A stretch of 64,000 nt of DNA, taken from Takakia lepidozioides (Eukaryota > Plantae > Bryophyta). The DNA lies in the NCBI GenBank assembly GCA_030704615.1, contig CM060732.1:11842001-11906000 (forward strand), in the 5' to 3' direction. This document shows positions 12,256-24,912 of this stretch, piece after piece; the first letter of the stretch is position 1; the number at the start of each line of letters is the position of its first letter. The notes beneath the pieces were generated by a model that worked only from the letters and a program-made list of their open reading frames with translations, made no database searches and was not told the origin of the DNA. The translations under genes and the position numbers were made by a program.

Positions 12256-13666
12256 TTACAAAATAGTCGAATTCTTCTCTAGTCAAGTCTGACTCAGAAG
12301 ATGAGCAGTACTGGAACATTTTTGTATAGAAAGTAGACAACCGGAGAGCTTGGATTTTGTATATTACAGGACTTACTGTGATTCTTGTTGCCTTTTCGCC
12401 TCTCTTGAGATGGCGTTTGAGTTTTGGCTGTTAGATGTGTGAACTTCAAATTTGAGCTCTTTCTAGAATCTGCTGTAGTTGGAGTCTTCAGGTTTCGTAG
12501 GAATTACAGGTTAGGCAATTTTGATACTCTTTGGTAGGAGACAAGCGGCGTTGGTTAGGATGATAGGAATGTTGGTAGGATGACAGACGATAATGAAAGG
12601 CTACACTCTTGTGGGATCTGCGCCTTGTCATATGTGTGATGTTACGTATCGTGTCTTCTCTTGTAACATTGTTTTCAGTCACCTGACCGTACTAGACGTC
12701 TTTTTTTTCCTTAGTGCTTGAGAGAGATCTGTTTATGTTTGCTGCACCGTGCACGTTTAGACTCTTGCAGAAACCAGGTTGTGGACTCAACACCATTACA
12801 TCAAAATGGTGAAAAAAAACGTTGTCTGATTGTAATTTTATTATTACAAAGAAAAGAGCTGTCATATATTACAAATTTCTCGCCTGCAGGTCACCATCTT
12901 GCTTCTCTTCGCAGATCTTTGAAATGAAATGCAAAGTCTTCTCTTATTGAAAAGAATTGGGGAACTACTAGCGCTTCTGTCATACATTTTCCCCTCTTGT
13001 AAAGACCTGAATTGTGAGCGTCACCACTATCAGGTTTCTGTTTTTTTATTTTTTATCTCTTTTATACCCCCCCTCAAAAGAAAAAAGAAAAACCAACGCT
13101 TACCAAGTAAACGTTTTATGGTTTGTTTGTTTTTTGAAACATCCCGGCCCTTTTACAATTCTATTTGACTATTGAATCTTCGAATAAATACCATTTGTAT
13201 TCTTCGATTTCCATGGTGTACTTGATAGCGCATTTGTATGAACTGCTAGAAAATATCACTAATAATTCATAATGACAGTGGGATCTAGTAGTCACATTGA
13301 TATCCATTAAAATAGTAATATCAATCAAAGTTCTAGGAGTTCATGTTCATCCAAATGCAGAAATAAGTTATTTACATTAGTTTTAGTGAAATTCATCATT
13401 AAATGATAACTTACAAATCAGTTCCTATAACTACATTACCATGAATGGATGATTTTATAACTATAACTTGGACATGTATATTTGTTTTACACGGTGGGAA
13501 TGGGAAGTGGATGAAGGAGACAATTTCTGTAGACAAAGAGGCAATGATGGAGGTACCAAGGGGTAACACATGGATGAAAGTCTCTTCAATGCCAACAAAA
13601 TGGAAAAGAGTGTGTTAGACGATTGTGTGTGTGAGCATTCAAGTGTGAGAGTTATAATAAATAGAG

Positions 13667-15593
13667 ATGGGGAAGAGGAAGGCAACAAAACCTCCACCCA
13701 AAAAAGTGAAAGAGAAAGTGCCGATCGTGTTTAATTGCCCCTTTTGCAACCATGAGAATAGCGTCGAGTGTAAAATGTGAGTGTTTTGAGTTTTCTTTGT
13801 TGTTTAATGTCACCATCTTCTTATAGTTATTTCCTTTGTTCTTCTCTACATTGACTGATAACTAAATGCTAAAATTTGGAATTTATATAGTGGTATGGTA
13901 AGACTTCATTTATGAATATGATGATTATTTAGATAAATCCTAGCATTGTGCCAATTTTTTTAAGCAAAAGTGTGATAGATTTAATAAGTGAATCAAGACC
14001 AATGTCTTAATATAGATTGGATATTGGACAGGGACCGGAAGAACCAAATTGGAGAGGCAACTTGCCGAATCTGTCAAGAGAAATTCAGCACATCCATTGA
14101 TGGTAATTGTCAAGTTTTAAAGTTTCAACTAATTCTCTTCTGGTTGCACTTGGTTTTTTTTAAGCTTACATTTTGCAAGACATTCACATTCGAGAGCCTG
14201 TCATTTATATATGGGGTATTTATATGCTTCAGCAGCCAAATCCTTCATCTTTTATCTTCTAAATACCCCTCATATATATGTAACCATCAATCTCTTGATA
14301 TTTGGTACCATATAGTCATCGAGACTCTTGATCAGCAATTTTTTGGTGCATTTACTCCATTGCTTAGGCAATGTCGTATCAAAACTATGTGCTCTGGGAC
14401 ATCCCTACACTAGTCAGCAAGAGAAGCTCTCTATTAAGTTGATTGTCATGACAAAATAATTAGGTTGTATTGAACATTGTCATTATGCTAATGCCCCCCC
14501 AATATCATCTTAGAAAAATTGCTTGTAGAATGTAGGAGCCTAAGTATAGCATTGTCTAGCCCCACAATTGACAATGTTCAAGTTTATTTTTTTGTTTAAA
14601 AAAAAGGCTGAAGCCCCAAATTTTATTGATAAAGGAGGGGAAAAATTAAACCCTGGATGCCATAAGGCCTAGCACACTGAATGCAGTGCGAGGGGCTCAA
14701 CCACATCAGGAAACAGCAACTGCCATGGACACTTGTGAGAGATTATAATGAGATTTATATTACTAAGTTAGGTCTGATTTGGAATTAAGAACTTTAATAT
14801 ATAATATCTGAGTGATTCAATGTATACATTGATATGTGAGGTTCAATCGTTGTTTATGGTTGGTCACACTTGTCGAAGGACGTAGAAAGCATCTCGTTGC
14901 CTGCATGTCACAATACTTACGATTAATTGTCACTAAACATTGCACTCAATATGTTTTTAAAATCCTTTATAGACTCTAAAACATGGCGCTTTTGTGTTTG
15001 TGTGCATGTATGCAGCTTTGAGTGCTCCCATTGACATGTAAGCCCTCGTGCCTCACTAAGTCTGCACGTTTTAGTGGGGTCCAAATTCATTTGAATTTCA
15101 TAACATTTTGAGTAGTAAAGAATAAACTGCAGACTGTAGACTCCGTCATGGAACTCATGAGTGCTGTACACAAATTTGTCATTTGGCCGGTTCTTGACAA
15201 TAGAAGGTCCCTCTTCATCCAACCCTATTTACTTGCTCCAAGACACATGAGACAACAATCATCTTTTATGCATCTACCACCTTAATCTTTGTGGGCGGGT
15301 AAGTTGGTCTGTATGGTGGATTGTGCCGGTGGTTACATTCTCCAAATCATTGGGATGATATGACAAGTGAAAATGCATGGTAGGTCACAAAACAATTTCT
15401 AATTGACGGCCTTTTGTTTTCCTACTTCATTGCTTGTTCCATGTTCAAGAATCACTAATACTTACATTATTCTAATGTTTTGAAAAATGTATGGAATTAC
15501 ATATTATTGTGATACTGAATCATACTTTGTTTTTGAGTTTTCAGGTACTGTGATTGGATTGATGAGTGTGAACGCATCAACAATGCAGAATAA
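13667..15593 (+). CDS. ELF1: Transcription elongation factor 1 homolog (Elf1/ELOF1 zinc ribbon), 83 aa; exons 13667-13776, 14032-14102, 15016-15037, 15545-15593
   Basis: Spliced translation is [83 protein letters not shown]. All introns are GT-AG with consistent phases. Confidence 0.93.
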
Positions 15594-17802
15594 TTTTCCA
15601 TAGACACTATCGTTTGAATTCTTCCAACGTATTCTCAGCTCATTAATTTGTACTTATACTTATATGTGAATGGGCTTGGTTGAGAACGACGCAACCTTTA
15701 TTTGTTGAAGGTGTAAACCATACATTGGATAGTTTGATTAAAGAATATGTTTCTTCTTAACAAAATTTGCTAATCTTTTGTGACCCCATTAATTGTTATA
15801 TAACTTATACTCATTACCACATAGATTCATAGTAAATTGACTCTCGATAATTTATTTTATATATGTGTTGATTTATCTCATTATAATTAATATCAAATGA
15901 TTAATATAAGAAAATTGATCATTAGATTAAAAAAATGAACCTTAAGTTCGTAATAATCATCTATTTAATATTCTACAAAATAATAATATATATATACTTA
16001 AAAAATTTCAAAGAAATACTCACCTCCTATCACAATGGCAATCACAAACATATTCAAGAGAAAAAAAGAAACAATACAAAACAAAATACACGGTAAAAGA
16101 AACATAAATTATGATGTTTTTTTCAGTCCAATGTGATAGTGAAAATTGGACATCTTTAAATGTATTAAATAATAATAGGCTAATGGCTTCTCCATAATCA
16201 GTTTAAAAATCCACAAATTTATGATTTATAAAGTTTTATATGGTCATTTTCTTGGTTATGGAACGGTGTCACCGCCAACCCACAGCTATGAGAGGTTCTA
16301 AAAATTAGGCCCACTCCATTGTCTATTGCGGAAAAATAGTGCATGTTATCTTGCAAATAACACTAATTTTATGAAACAATTTGGAGAAGTGGTGATGTAG
16401 ATCACCACAAATGGTTCTCTTATCGATATCGTTTCAAATGAACTTGCAATGGGGAAAAATATTAAAGGAAGGAGTGACATGAGATCATCCCATGCATGAA
16501 GAATTGCCGCATTCACTATCAGTCATTTGAATAGGTCCGGCTAGATCTATCATCATCATGTCTAATGTTATGACTAGCAGATGAGGCACCATACTTCCTA
16601 CAAGCGCATTAGAAGGTGTCCACGTTCCAAATGGAAAGCAGTAGCCCTTTGGTGTGAAATAACACCATAAGTTATTTCTGCTTTGGTAGGAGTCTTCCTC
16701 CTACCACCAAGGAGGTGTAAAACTCATTTTGGCACCGCAAAGTCTTCTCCTTACAAGCCAATAAAAACATGGACATAAAAAAAAAAGGCCATTTGTGAAT
16801 AAGATAACACCTCCACAATTGGATAGTGCATTGACTCAGAGCCACTCAGGTTATTCTGGGTTTAATCCAGCTACCATGAGCTTGGCATCTCATGGGCGAG
16901 GTGAATTTTTCTTCTCACTACCGTTAAGGGGCTTGATTTGTGAGCAGCCGCTCAAACTAATGACCTCCGTTAAGTCCTACAAAAAGTCACAACCAAAATG
17001 TTTGACTCAAGTGGTGATGAGCTAGTTCCTTACATAACCATAGCCACTCTGTACATAAACAGAAGTGACTTCCAAACCCTTTGAAAAGATTGACGGGGCT
17101 CTTGAAAAGATTGGATGAAAGCCATGAAATCCATGTTGCTTTGACGGATGGATGTTAAATACAAGAACGACCTAGTCAAAATGGACAAGTCGTTTGTTGG
17201 ACTAGTGAATTCAAGTATGAGTACATGTTTAAAGAGTTGTATCCAATCAAAATTTGTGAAAAGCAATCTCACATGAGATGCGAGACTACAACTCCACATC
17301 CGTGCGCAAGTTGTGTCACTCTCCGCAACCCCGCAATCCACCACTGATTAAAGAATAGAACTTAAGAGAATAACCGAAGCCAGCCATTTTTTTCTTGGCG
17401 AATTTTCACCAAAAGGCTCCCTTTCTTTTTGGGCTCCTACCAAAAGGGACTTTTCTTTAACTTTTTCGCCAAAACACAACCAGAGGAATATGACTGCCAC
17501 CGTGGACTTGTTAACTCGTGCCACCTGTCATGTACCAGCGCCTTTTTTTGCCACGTAGGCAGCTGGGTAGAATACACAGGTGGCCACACCAGCTACTTTT
17601 GAAGAATGAGAAAAAATCCGCTGACTCTAAGTTACTAAGATTTTCCATTTGTTTTTTATTTTTGGTTTTTTTTTTCCAAGTGAAAGGAAACCTGGAAGCG
17701 ACGGCCCACAATTCAGGCCATTGAGGAGGGGAAAAATAACCCCCTTTCATTTATGGGCCACGATCCAGACAGAACGTCACGAACAATCCACACACGGGGG
17801 CA

Positions 17803-17870
17803 GGGTACTGGGTTTGAATCCCGAACCACCGAGGCGTCACATTGTGCACTTACCAGCTGAGCTACCAGCC
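17803..17870 (-). mobile_element. tRNA-derived SINE-like head (Pol III A/B boxes), degenerate
   Basis: Minus strand reads GGCTGGTAGCTCAGCTGGTAAG...GGGATTCAAACCC. The cloverleaf is not intact. Confidence 0.5.
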
Positions 17871-20363
17871 GATGTGCTCCATTTTAATTTCTAGATATTA
17901 TCTCACTCATGGAAAATGGAATGGAATGAAATGGTTAATAATTAGCTACACGGTGCCCAAGGCGACCGGAACCGGAAAGTGTCAGTGAGCAAAACTACCT
18001 GCGACTGGCTAGTTAGTTAGTCAGTTACTTGGCTTTTGCGGCTGTACCTTTATCCACACCTTTTGGTCGGGTCTTCAACCGGTTGCCGTCCGACGGAACT
18101 GCAACCGGTTCCGAGACCTGTCAGCTGCTGCCACCCTACTCTGCCAAAAGTCTGTAGGCCTCTGGAAGACTTTATTTTCCAGAGAAACAACTCCACATTT
18201 GTTTTCTGTTGAATATATAATATATTAAAGTTTTGTTTTCTACTACTTATGACTCTTTGTTCAAGATACTTTATATTCCTTAGATTTGCTAGATTTCTGT
18301 GTCCTGTGAAATAAATGTTGGAAGAATTAGTGAAACAGAAGACTAAGTCCAAAAAGTTGACCCAAGTATTAAATTAAAGTGGGTCATAAAATACTGTTTC
18401 TGTCTAAAGTAGTACAGTAAGCCAACTTGTGAGGGGGAATATCAAGGTTTTTTTTTATCGAAAAAAACAATAATATAGAGCACATAATTTTTTTTGTAAT
18501 TATAAATAAAATATTTCTGGCTAGAATATTGCAGTCTGGCAAAGTAGGAGGCTGGTGAAAAGGCAGTGAATAATAGCTGGCTCTACCAGCAATTCATGCC
18601 TGCACCCTAACATGCACCCCCACTGGTTCTGCCAGTCTTATTCATCTAATCTGACAGTCACATTCATCCATCACATACAGGAGTTAGAACAGAGAAATGA
18701 CTCTGGTTTCAAAAGAGTAAATTAGACCTAATGAGTGCCAGACAAGTAGGTTACTTATTTACCGCAGTAGAATCCGGCTAAATTTACTCACCGTCCTTTG
18801 GACCAATTGAATGCTGTGCAAGCAAATCTTCAATTGTACATTCTTGAATCTACTGCAGTGAATGAGGGACATTAGAGTTTTCTGATTAGATCTTTTGTCC
18901 CAAAGACACGTGGCGCGCTTTGAGCAGCCAAGGTCTCGTCGGTGCTAGCTGTAGCCATGGATGAAGGTGGAAGATGATGCTACAAGTGATTGGATGAACG
19001 CTGCCTAACCTCCAATCTCACATTGATTGATAGAAACTAGGGTTAGTAATGTGCATGGTTTATTAGTATGCCAGCCCACAAAAGTAACATCCCCTCCTTG
19101 CAAAATAATGGGCATAATTGCATATTTAAAACTGCATATTAAAGGAATAGTTACGCTTCCATTCTGGTACTTTTAGCTAGTAAAATTGAATATTATGAAA
19201 TGAACGTTGGAAGGCTTCAAGTTGATATCATCAGTGTAACTTACCGTCCTACACGTAAGTTAATATGAACAAATGCTCAATCCCTCCATTTAGGTAATAA
19301 GGCTTCCACTCATTTCTGAATAAGGATGAATGAAAAACAGCATTACTCGTATTCCAGCCATTTATGCCTGCGTTTAATACGACACGCATTACATTCATTC
19401 ACGGTACCCTATCTCATTCATTCATCCACTGTCATTCCATTCATTCCCACTAGCCTATATTCCGTCTGGCTGCTCACTGCCAGCTGCCGACTGGCAATCG
19501 CCAGGTGACTGGCGGTGGCAGGTCGCCTTGCCTGCGGGCGAAATGATGGGCGTTCGCGTCGGGGACCGGCCCGACAGGCGAATTTGGAGCCTTATCTGCT
19601 ACGGAACGCGGCATTCAATGTTGGGCCCGTCATTCCGTACGCCTCTTAAATTCCTTGATTGTGACTCCATTTGCTGCTTAAATTTCTCGAAATTGTTTGG
19701 TGCCAAATTCGCTCGTTACCAGAGTTTCCCACGCGCAGAATATTTAGTGCTGGTTTATTAGTGTGTTCCATCACCGGTTTAATGCTCCCTCCTATTGGGG
19801 ATGTCCAGGTGGTGCCGTTGAATGAGACGCTGATTTGTTACTCACTACTTCCGCGTTTTAAGTCGGTACGCCTTTGGATTTGTGGTAACTATGCCGTCCT
19901 ACAACGTGAAATTTGAAGTTTATATTATGATTAGTACCTGCTCCTTGATTGCTGTTTAAAGGATTAATAGCCTGAGTCACAGGGTTCTAAAATTATTCCC
20001 AGGCGATATAAAGTGCGTGGTGGGACACTCCACACCATAGAAATAGTCAAATATTGGATATATGCATTTTGGCGACTGGTCATGACCGGTCGCCAGGCTG
20101 GGCGACTGGTTAGCACACACGTGGCAGGACTACAAATAGGTTTGACCAAGTTATAGGTAGACAGAGGCTGGTTTAACATAATCTGGCCTATTATTAGTGG
20201 CCTAAATAAAACCTCGTTCAAGGGCCCCGGTTTTCAATTGTTTTGGCAGCGGAGGGTTATTATTTTTCTTTCGGGCGGGCGGGCCCTGCTGTGCTGGGAC
20301 CATTCAAAAAATAAAAAATATTAGGGACACTGCAATAGAAATATTAGGTGCCTCGTGTCTGTC

Positions 20364-20487
20364 TGGATGAATGGGGGACGGGTCTCATCCATTAAAGAAG
20401 GGGCAACAACTGAATGAACAAGGGACAGGTCTCATCCAGTAAAGAGGGTGCAACAACTGGATGAACAGGGGACAGGTCTCATCCATT
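20364..20487. repeat. 47-bp tandem repeat, ~2.6 copies
   Basis: Units start at 20364, 20411 and 20458 (tggatgaac..gggacaggtctcatcca..aaaga..gcaacaac). Confidence 0.8.
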
Positions 20488-23400
20488 ACCTAGAGACCTG
20501 GGCAACAGAGAAGGACAGAAGCAGGGCTGTAACGTGACAGTAAAAGGGACGTCTTAACTGCGATCGTGTTCGTACAATGTGTGAGGATGTAAGGTCGCGA
20601 TGACACGACGTGGATGCGCGGATGGCGCGTCAGATTAGTCGTCGCCCAGGACGTTGACGGGCCGCCCGAAAATATTTATGGGAGGGATTATTGTACTGCG
20701 TACAAATTTTACTCCTATTTTGGGTCTCTAATTCTAGGGAGAATATCATTAACTTAATTTATCCCGTAGCATTCATCCACTTCTAGGATTAAAAAATAAA
20801 TTTATGGATCGGTTAAATGTTTTTATTTACTAATTTTTGGGGGTGACAGGGAGGAACTTGAAGACCTAAGTTCTCACGAGACTTTGTTTGGAATTTAACG
20901 TGGAATAAAATCATTTAGGACCTCACAGGCCTTTTGACACTGTCCCACTGCATGGGTATTCTTGGCAGGGTTGGATTCTATAAGAATAAACAATAAAATT
21001 TGGATGGAAGTGCAAGGATGTAGAGCTGATGTGGGTACTATGAATGAATCAAAAGTGAGATGGATGTAAATCGTAGAAAAGTGAAAGTAATAAGAGAGCA
21101 TTAAAGTAGTGTAAGGCCAAGGGTAATCCGATGATTGGGACGGTCGGCCACATCTAGGCAGGCCACGTCTTTATGAATATTCCGACACTTATCCTCCTAG
21201 TTTAGCCCCGGTTCACTAACCCTGGCGACAGGTCGCGGGTTAGTGAGTGGTTAGTGAGTGGAGGAACAGAACTGGACTGTGCCCAGATTCCACACCAGTT
21301 CCTCGTGACTCGGATTTCCGACCGGCTGCTGCCGGTCGCTTAGGAGCGACTCGCTGGCGGCTTCCAGCGTGTAACTGGCTGCGCACGGCAATGGCCACCG
21401 GCAGACGGAAGGGTCGTGGTAAGAGCGGGATGGGAGGTTAGTGGTTTTTTGTAACCGGATTCGCTAAACCCAGTTAAACATTTTTCCGACATATATGAAT
21501 TATATTTATTTTCATGTGCTGAGAAGCTGCCCTAACCTTGCCTAGTCCCAAGTTCTATAATTCATTATTTGCTTAACTCGTAATTCCTATTACTGCGGAA
21601 ATTGACCCGGAATGTGCAGTTTGACTTTTGTGTAACCGATTCCATCGGCTATAAGTCTGAAATTGCGGAATGCGCTGACTAATGGCGATTCTGCCCCACG
21701 ATACGGAAGGCTGAAAATTTGGGCCAGCATATAGTGTTCTGGGCTGGAATTGGCTCTAGGAAGTGCATTCCATGTAAGTGCTTGCCTCCGCACAACAACA
21801 TTTTGGAGTTGAGCTGCGAACGAAGCAGTATCCTGGGTAAAAATCATTCGCGACCCGGCTTTCTTGCCTTGAGTCTTGGTGTGGGGGGATGGGTCAGCGC
21901 ATTACACGACGGATTCTAGAGGTAAGGTAGGGATTCAGCAATAGTCAGCGCATTACACGACGGAATTGAGAGGTGAAGTATGCGGCGGAAGGGTAGGCCG
22001 TGTATTAGCATGTGTAAGGTCAAACAGCACATTCCGAGGTTCTGAAAGTGGTTTAGAGTGGTGGAGAGGCCACGGCTTCCAGAGAATCGGACGCCCGTTC
22101 CGTGTGGAAAAACCGAACATGCGGTTCCGGGCGCCAGCTGGCTGACCCGAGTAGGGTGAGGTTAGCAGCCAGGGTGGAGTAGGCACCACGAAAGGGTATG
22201 AGGAATATTCGGGACAAAATCACGGGGGGGTGCGCCACCGGGTGACTGGACGGTCCGGTGGATTGTCAACGGGCGCAGCCCCGACACTCTCGAGATGCTC
22301 GCCAGCAACCCGTCACCGGTTGGCGGCTCCCCGGCCACGGCGATGGCCAGGCCGGGAATGGTTTGCCGGCAACGTGGAAAGAAGCGGGCAGGGCAGGGAC
22401 AGGCGGGCAGCGGCGGCAGGCGGGAGGCTGTGCGAAGTCGCTGGAACGGTCGGGCCTATTCAAGGCTGCCGTCCCGGTGCGTCATAGGTACCCCCCTTAT
22501 TGCTCCCACGCGCCCCCTCCCCCGTTTTCTCTCTCTCTCTTTTTCTCTCTCGCGTGTGGGGGTAGGGTGCAGCAGCTTTTGTTGCTGTGTCATCTTCCCT
22601 CTCGAGCTCTCTTATGGCGTCTGTGTACGTCTCTCTCCTTGTCTGAACTCGAGCTGGCCTGCATCTCTGCATCTCAGTCGGTACTATCGTCAAGACCGTT
22701 CCAAGTTTTTACGTCTCTGAGCTCTCCGTCTATCTATTCCTTCGACTTTCGACTCAGTCTCGCGCTTTCTCACTTCCGCTGTCCACCTCTGCGTGTAGCC
22801 AGCTTGGGTTCTATGTGGATTTGAGCTTTATCTCTGCTCTTCTCTTTACCAGTGCTTGCACATACAGCTGTAGGACTCGATATTTCTCCTCTTTCTTTCA
22901 GTCTGTTTCTACTAGGATTGATCGAAGATGAAGTAGACCTAGATATCTGTCTAGTGTCTCCACTAGACTACGTTTCCCTGGACCTTTCAAGTGTAAGTAA
23001 GTCTGCAACTTTTCGAACATGCGTTTGAAAAATTTGGCCTAACTTGTCACAGACCACGGTCCTTCCTGGACGCTTCTACTCTCAGAATCCGGGAGAAAGC
23101 AAGAAGTGGCCATCTGGACCTCGTCCATTCTTATGTCAGTAACATATTTATTCTCCCGCTAGACCCTTTGAATAGGGACGAAGGTTTTCTTCTGTGTCAC
23201 TCGCTCTTCAATTGCCAGGCCTAGCAACTTGCTCTTACTTTCATGCTTAGACTTGAAAAGAGGTATACAGTGAGGCGGGGGGCATCTACACATGGTCGGT
23301 GAACTTCTGTATTTTCTCGGTAAACCCTAGTAGTTCCTACAGTTGTTGTCGTGTTCATTTGAGCCTGTCGCTCGAAAGGGATTCTCAGTTAATTGCCGCC

Positions 23401-24912
23401 CTGGGCTGGGTTCTTCTCTCTCCCTTGAAACTCGTTGTCACCGGAGGGAAGCTACCAGCTGGGACCTTATTCTGTTTCTTCTAAAAGTTGTTCTTGTCTG
23501 GAATCTATAGTAATCTCTAGAAGCTAGGCTTAATAGTGCTACAAACTATCCATCTACTTTGCAAGTCCTCTCTTTACCAATCGTCTTTTGATCTTCTCCA
23601 GTACCTGTGATCTCCATTCTCTTTAGAACTCCGCCGTAGTGCAGATTCCCGTCCTGTGTAAACCCTCTTGTTTGTAATTGGTCGTGATACCCGTACACAC
23701 GCACACTCTCTCTAAGACTGATCTCTTACGCTGAATCCCTCATTGCCGAGGCCCAATGTTATTGTGTCCATTGCATTCTCAAGATGCTTCTTTGTCCCGG
23801 ATATGGCTCGCTGGGACTGTACCAATTTAGTTTACACGCAGGATGAAACTGGGGAGGCCGGATAATGGGTTAGCTATATCATGGGACGCCGAACCCAGCT
23901 TCAGAAGAAAGTGGAAACGAGTGGAGACAGCATTGGGAGCGTGTTTAGTGGAATGGAGCTGGGGGTCCTCGATCATGGTTTGATGCTCGTTCTCTATGGT
24001 AGTCGAGATAGTGTGCGGGGATGCTACTGTTGAGAAAGTCACCACGGTTATGGTCGCGGCGGGGCAAGAGGAAGGTCAAGGTTGTGAAAGAGCCCTCAAC
24101 GATATCTATCTGTAAATTATAGCTCACGAGCTATCTGAGTAACTTATGTGGCAAGTGCTTTGGAAACTACAGGACGCGGGTGAGCAGCTCTGAACGTTCC
24201 CAACAGATATTTGAATATCTTGAGCAACAAAATAATTATACATTAGAACAAAGCTATCCTGCCAGGTACATATCTAGATCTGTCGTGACTCCCAAAAACC
24301 TTCCCAGTTCTCTTTGAGTGTGGCAGTCAATTCTGAAACTTCGAATCTCCTCTGATCTCCTCTGATCTGTCTTCCCCACTGGAGTATCAAGAGAACCCAC
24401 AGCAGTTGCCGGTGTCCAGGGAAGTTTCAGCTGCTGCACTAGTTCTCAACGGATTTCCGACCTTGATCAACAAGTACGTCTATTCTCTAGGACGAAGAGG
24501 ATTCAGGGTGTCTGGAAGTGATCAACACAGCAGTTGAATCGGTTCTCAAGGAAGATCATTGACTCATTAAGGGCAAGAAAAGCACAGTACACAGACAGGT
24601 GGACCCAGAACTTCCGGCTTCGCATTATAATCTAGTTTTACAGACGTGTGGCAATTCTACCCCGCAGCTGTGAGCAGAAACCCTCAACCTCAGGCCTAGT
24701 CAGCTGGGTTCAGTTCTAGAGCAGTGGCAAGGGCTTTCGGAACCCGGGATCTGCAGAGGCAGGGCCGATTGAGCGCCGATGTCCCCCATCCAGAGACCGG
24801 AACGGGTCAGACGTCTGCATCCCAAGGGATGCAATCTATGCTACCCCTGCTCGACATTAACAGCTCTAGTGTCGTGCAGTGCCACCTTCAGTTACCTGCC
24901 GCCCTCCATGAG

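Noticed and set aside
14813-14835. Alternative candidate for ELF1 exon 3 ending ATTGATAT|gtgag
   Set aside because: Its 23-nt length breaks the frame; 15016-15037 fits both phase and conserved sequence
22230-22824. GC-rich overlapping ORFs up to 188 aa upstream of the GRAS gene
   Set aside because: Non-ATG starts and no domain; better explained as promoter and 5' UTR sequence
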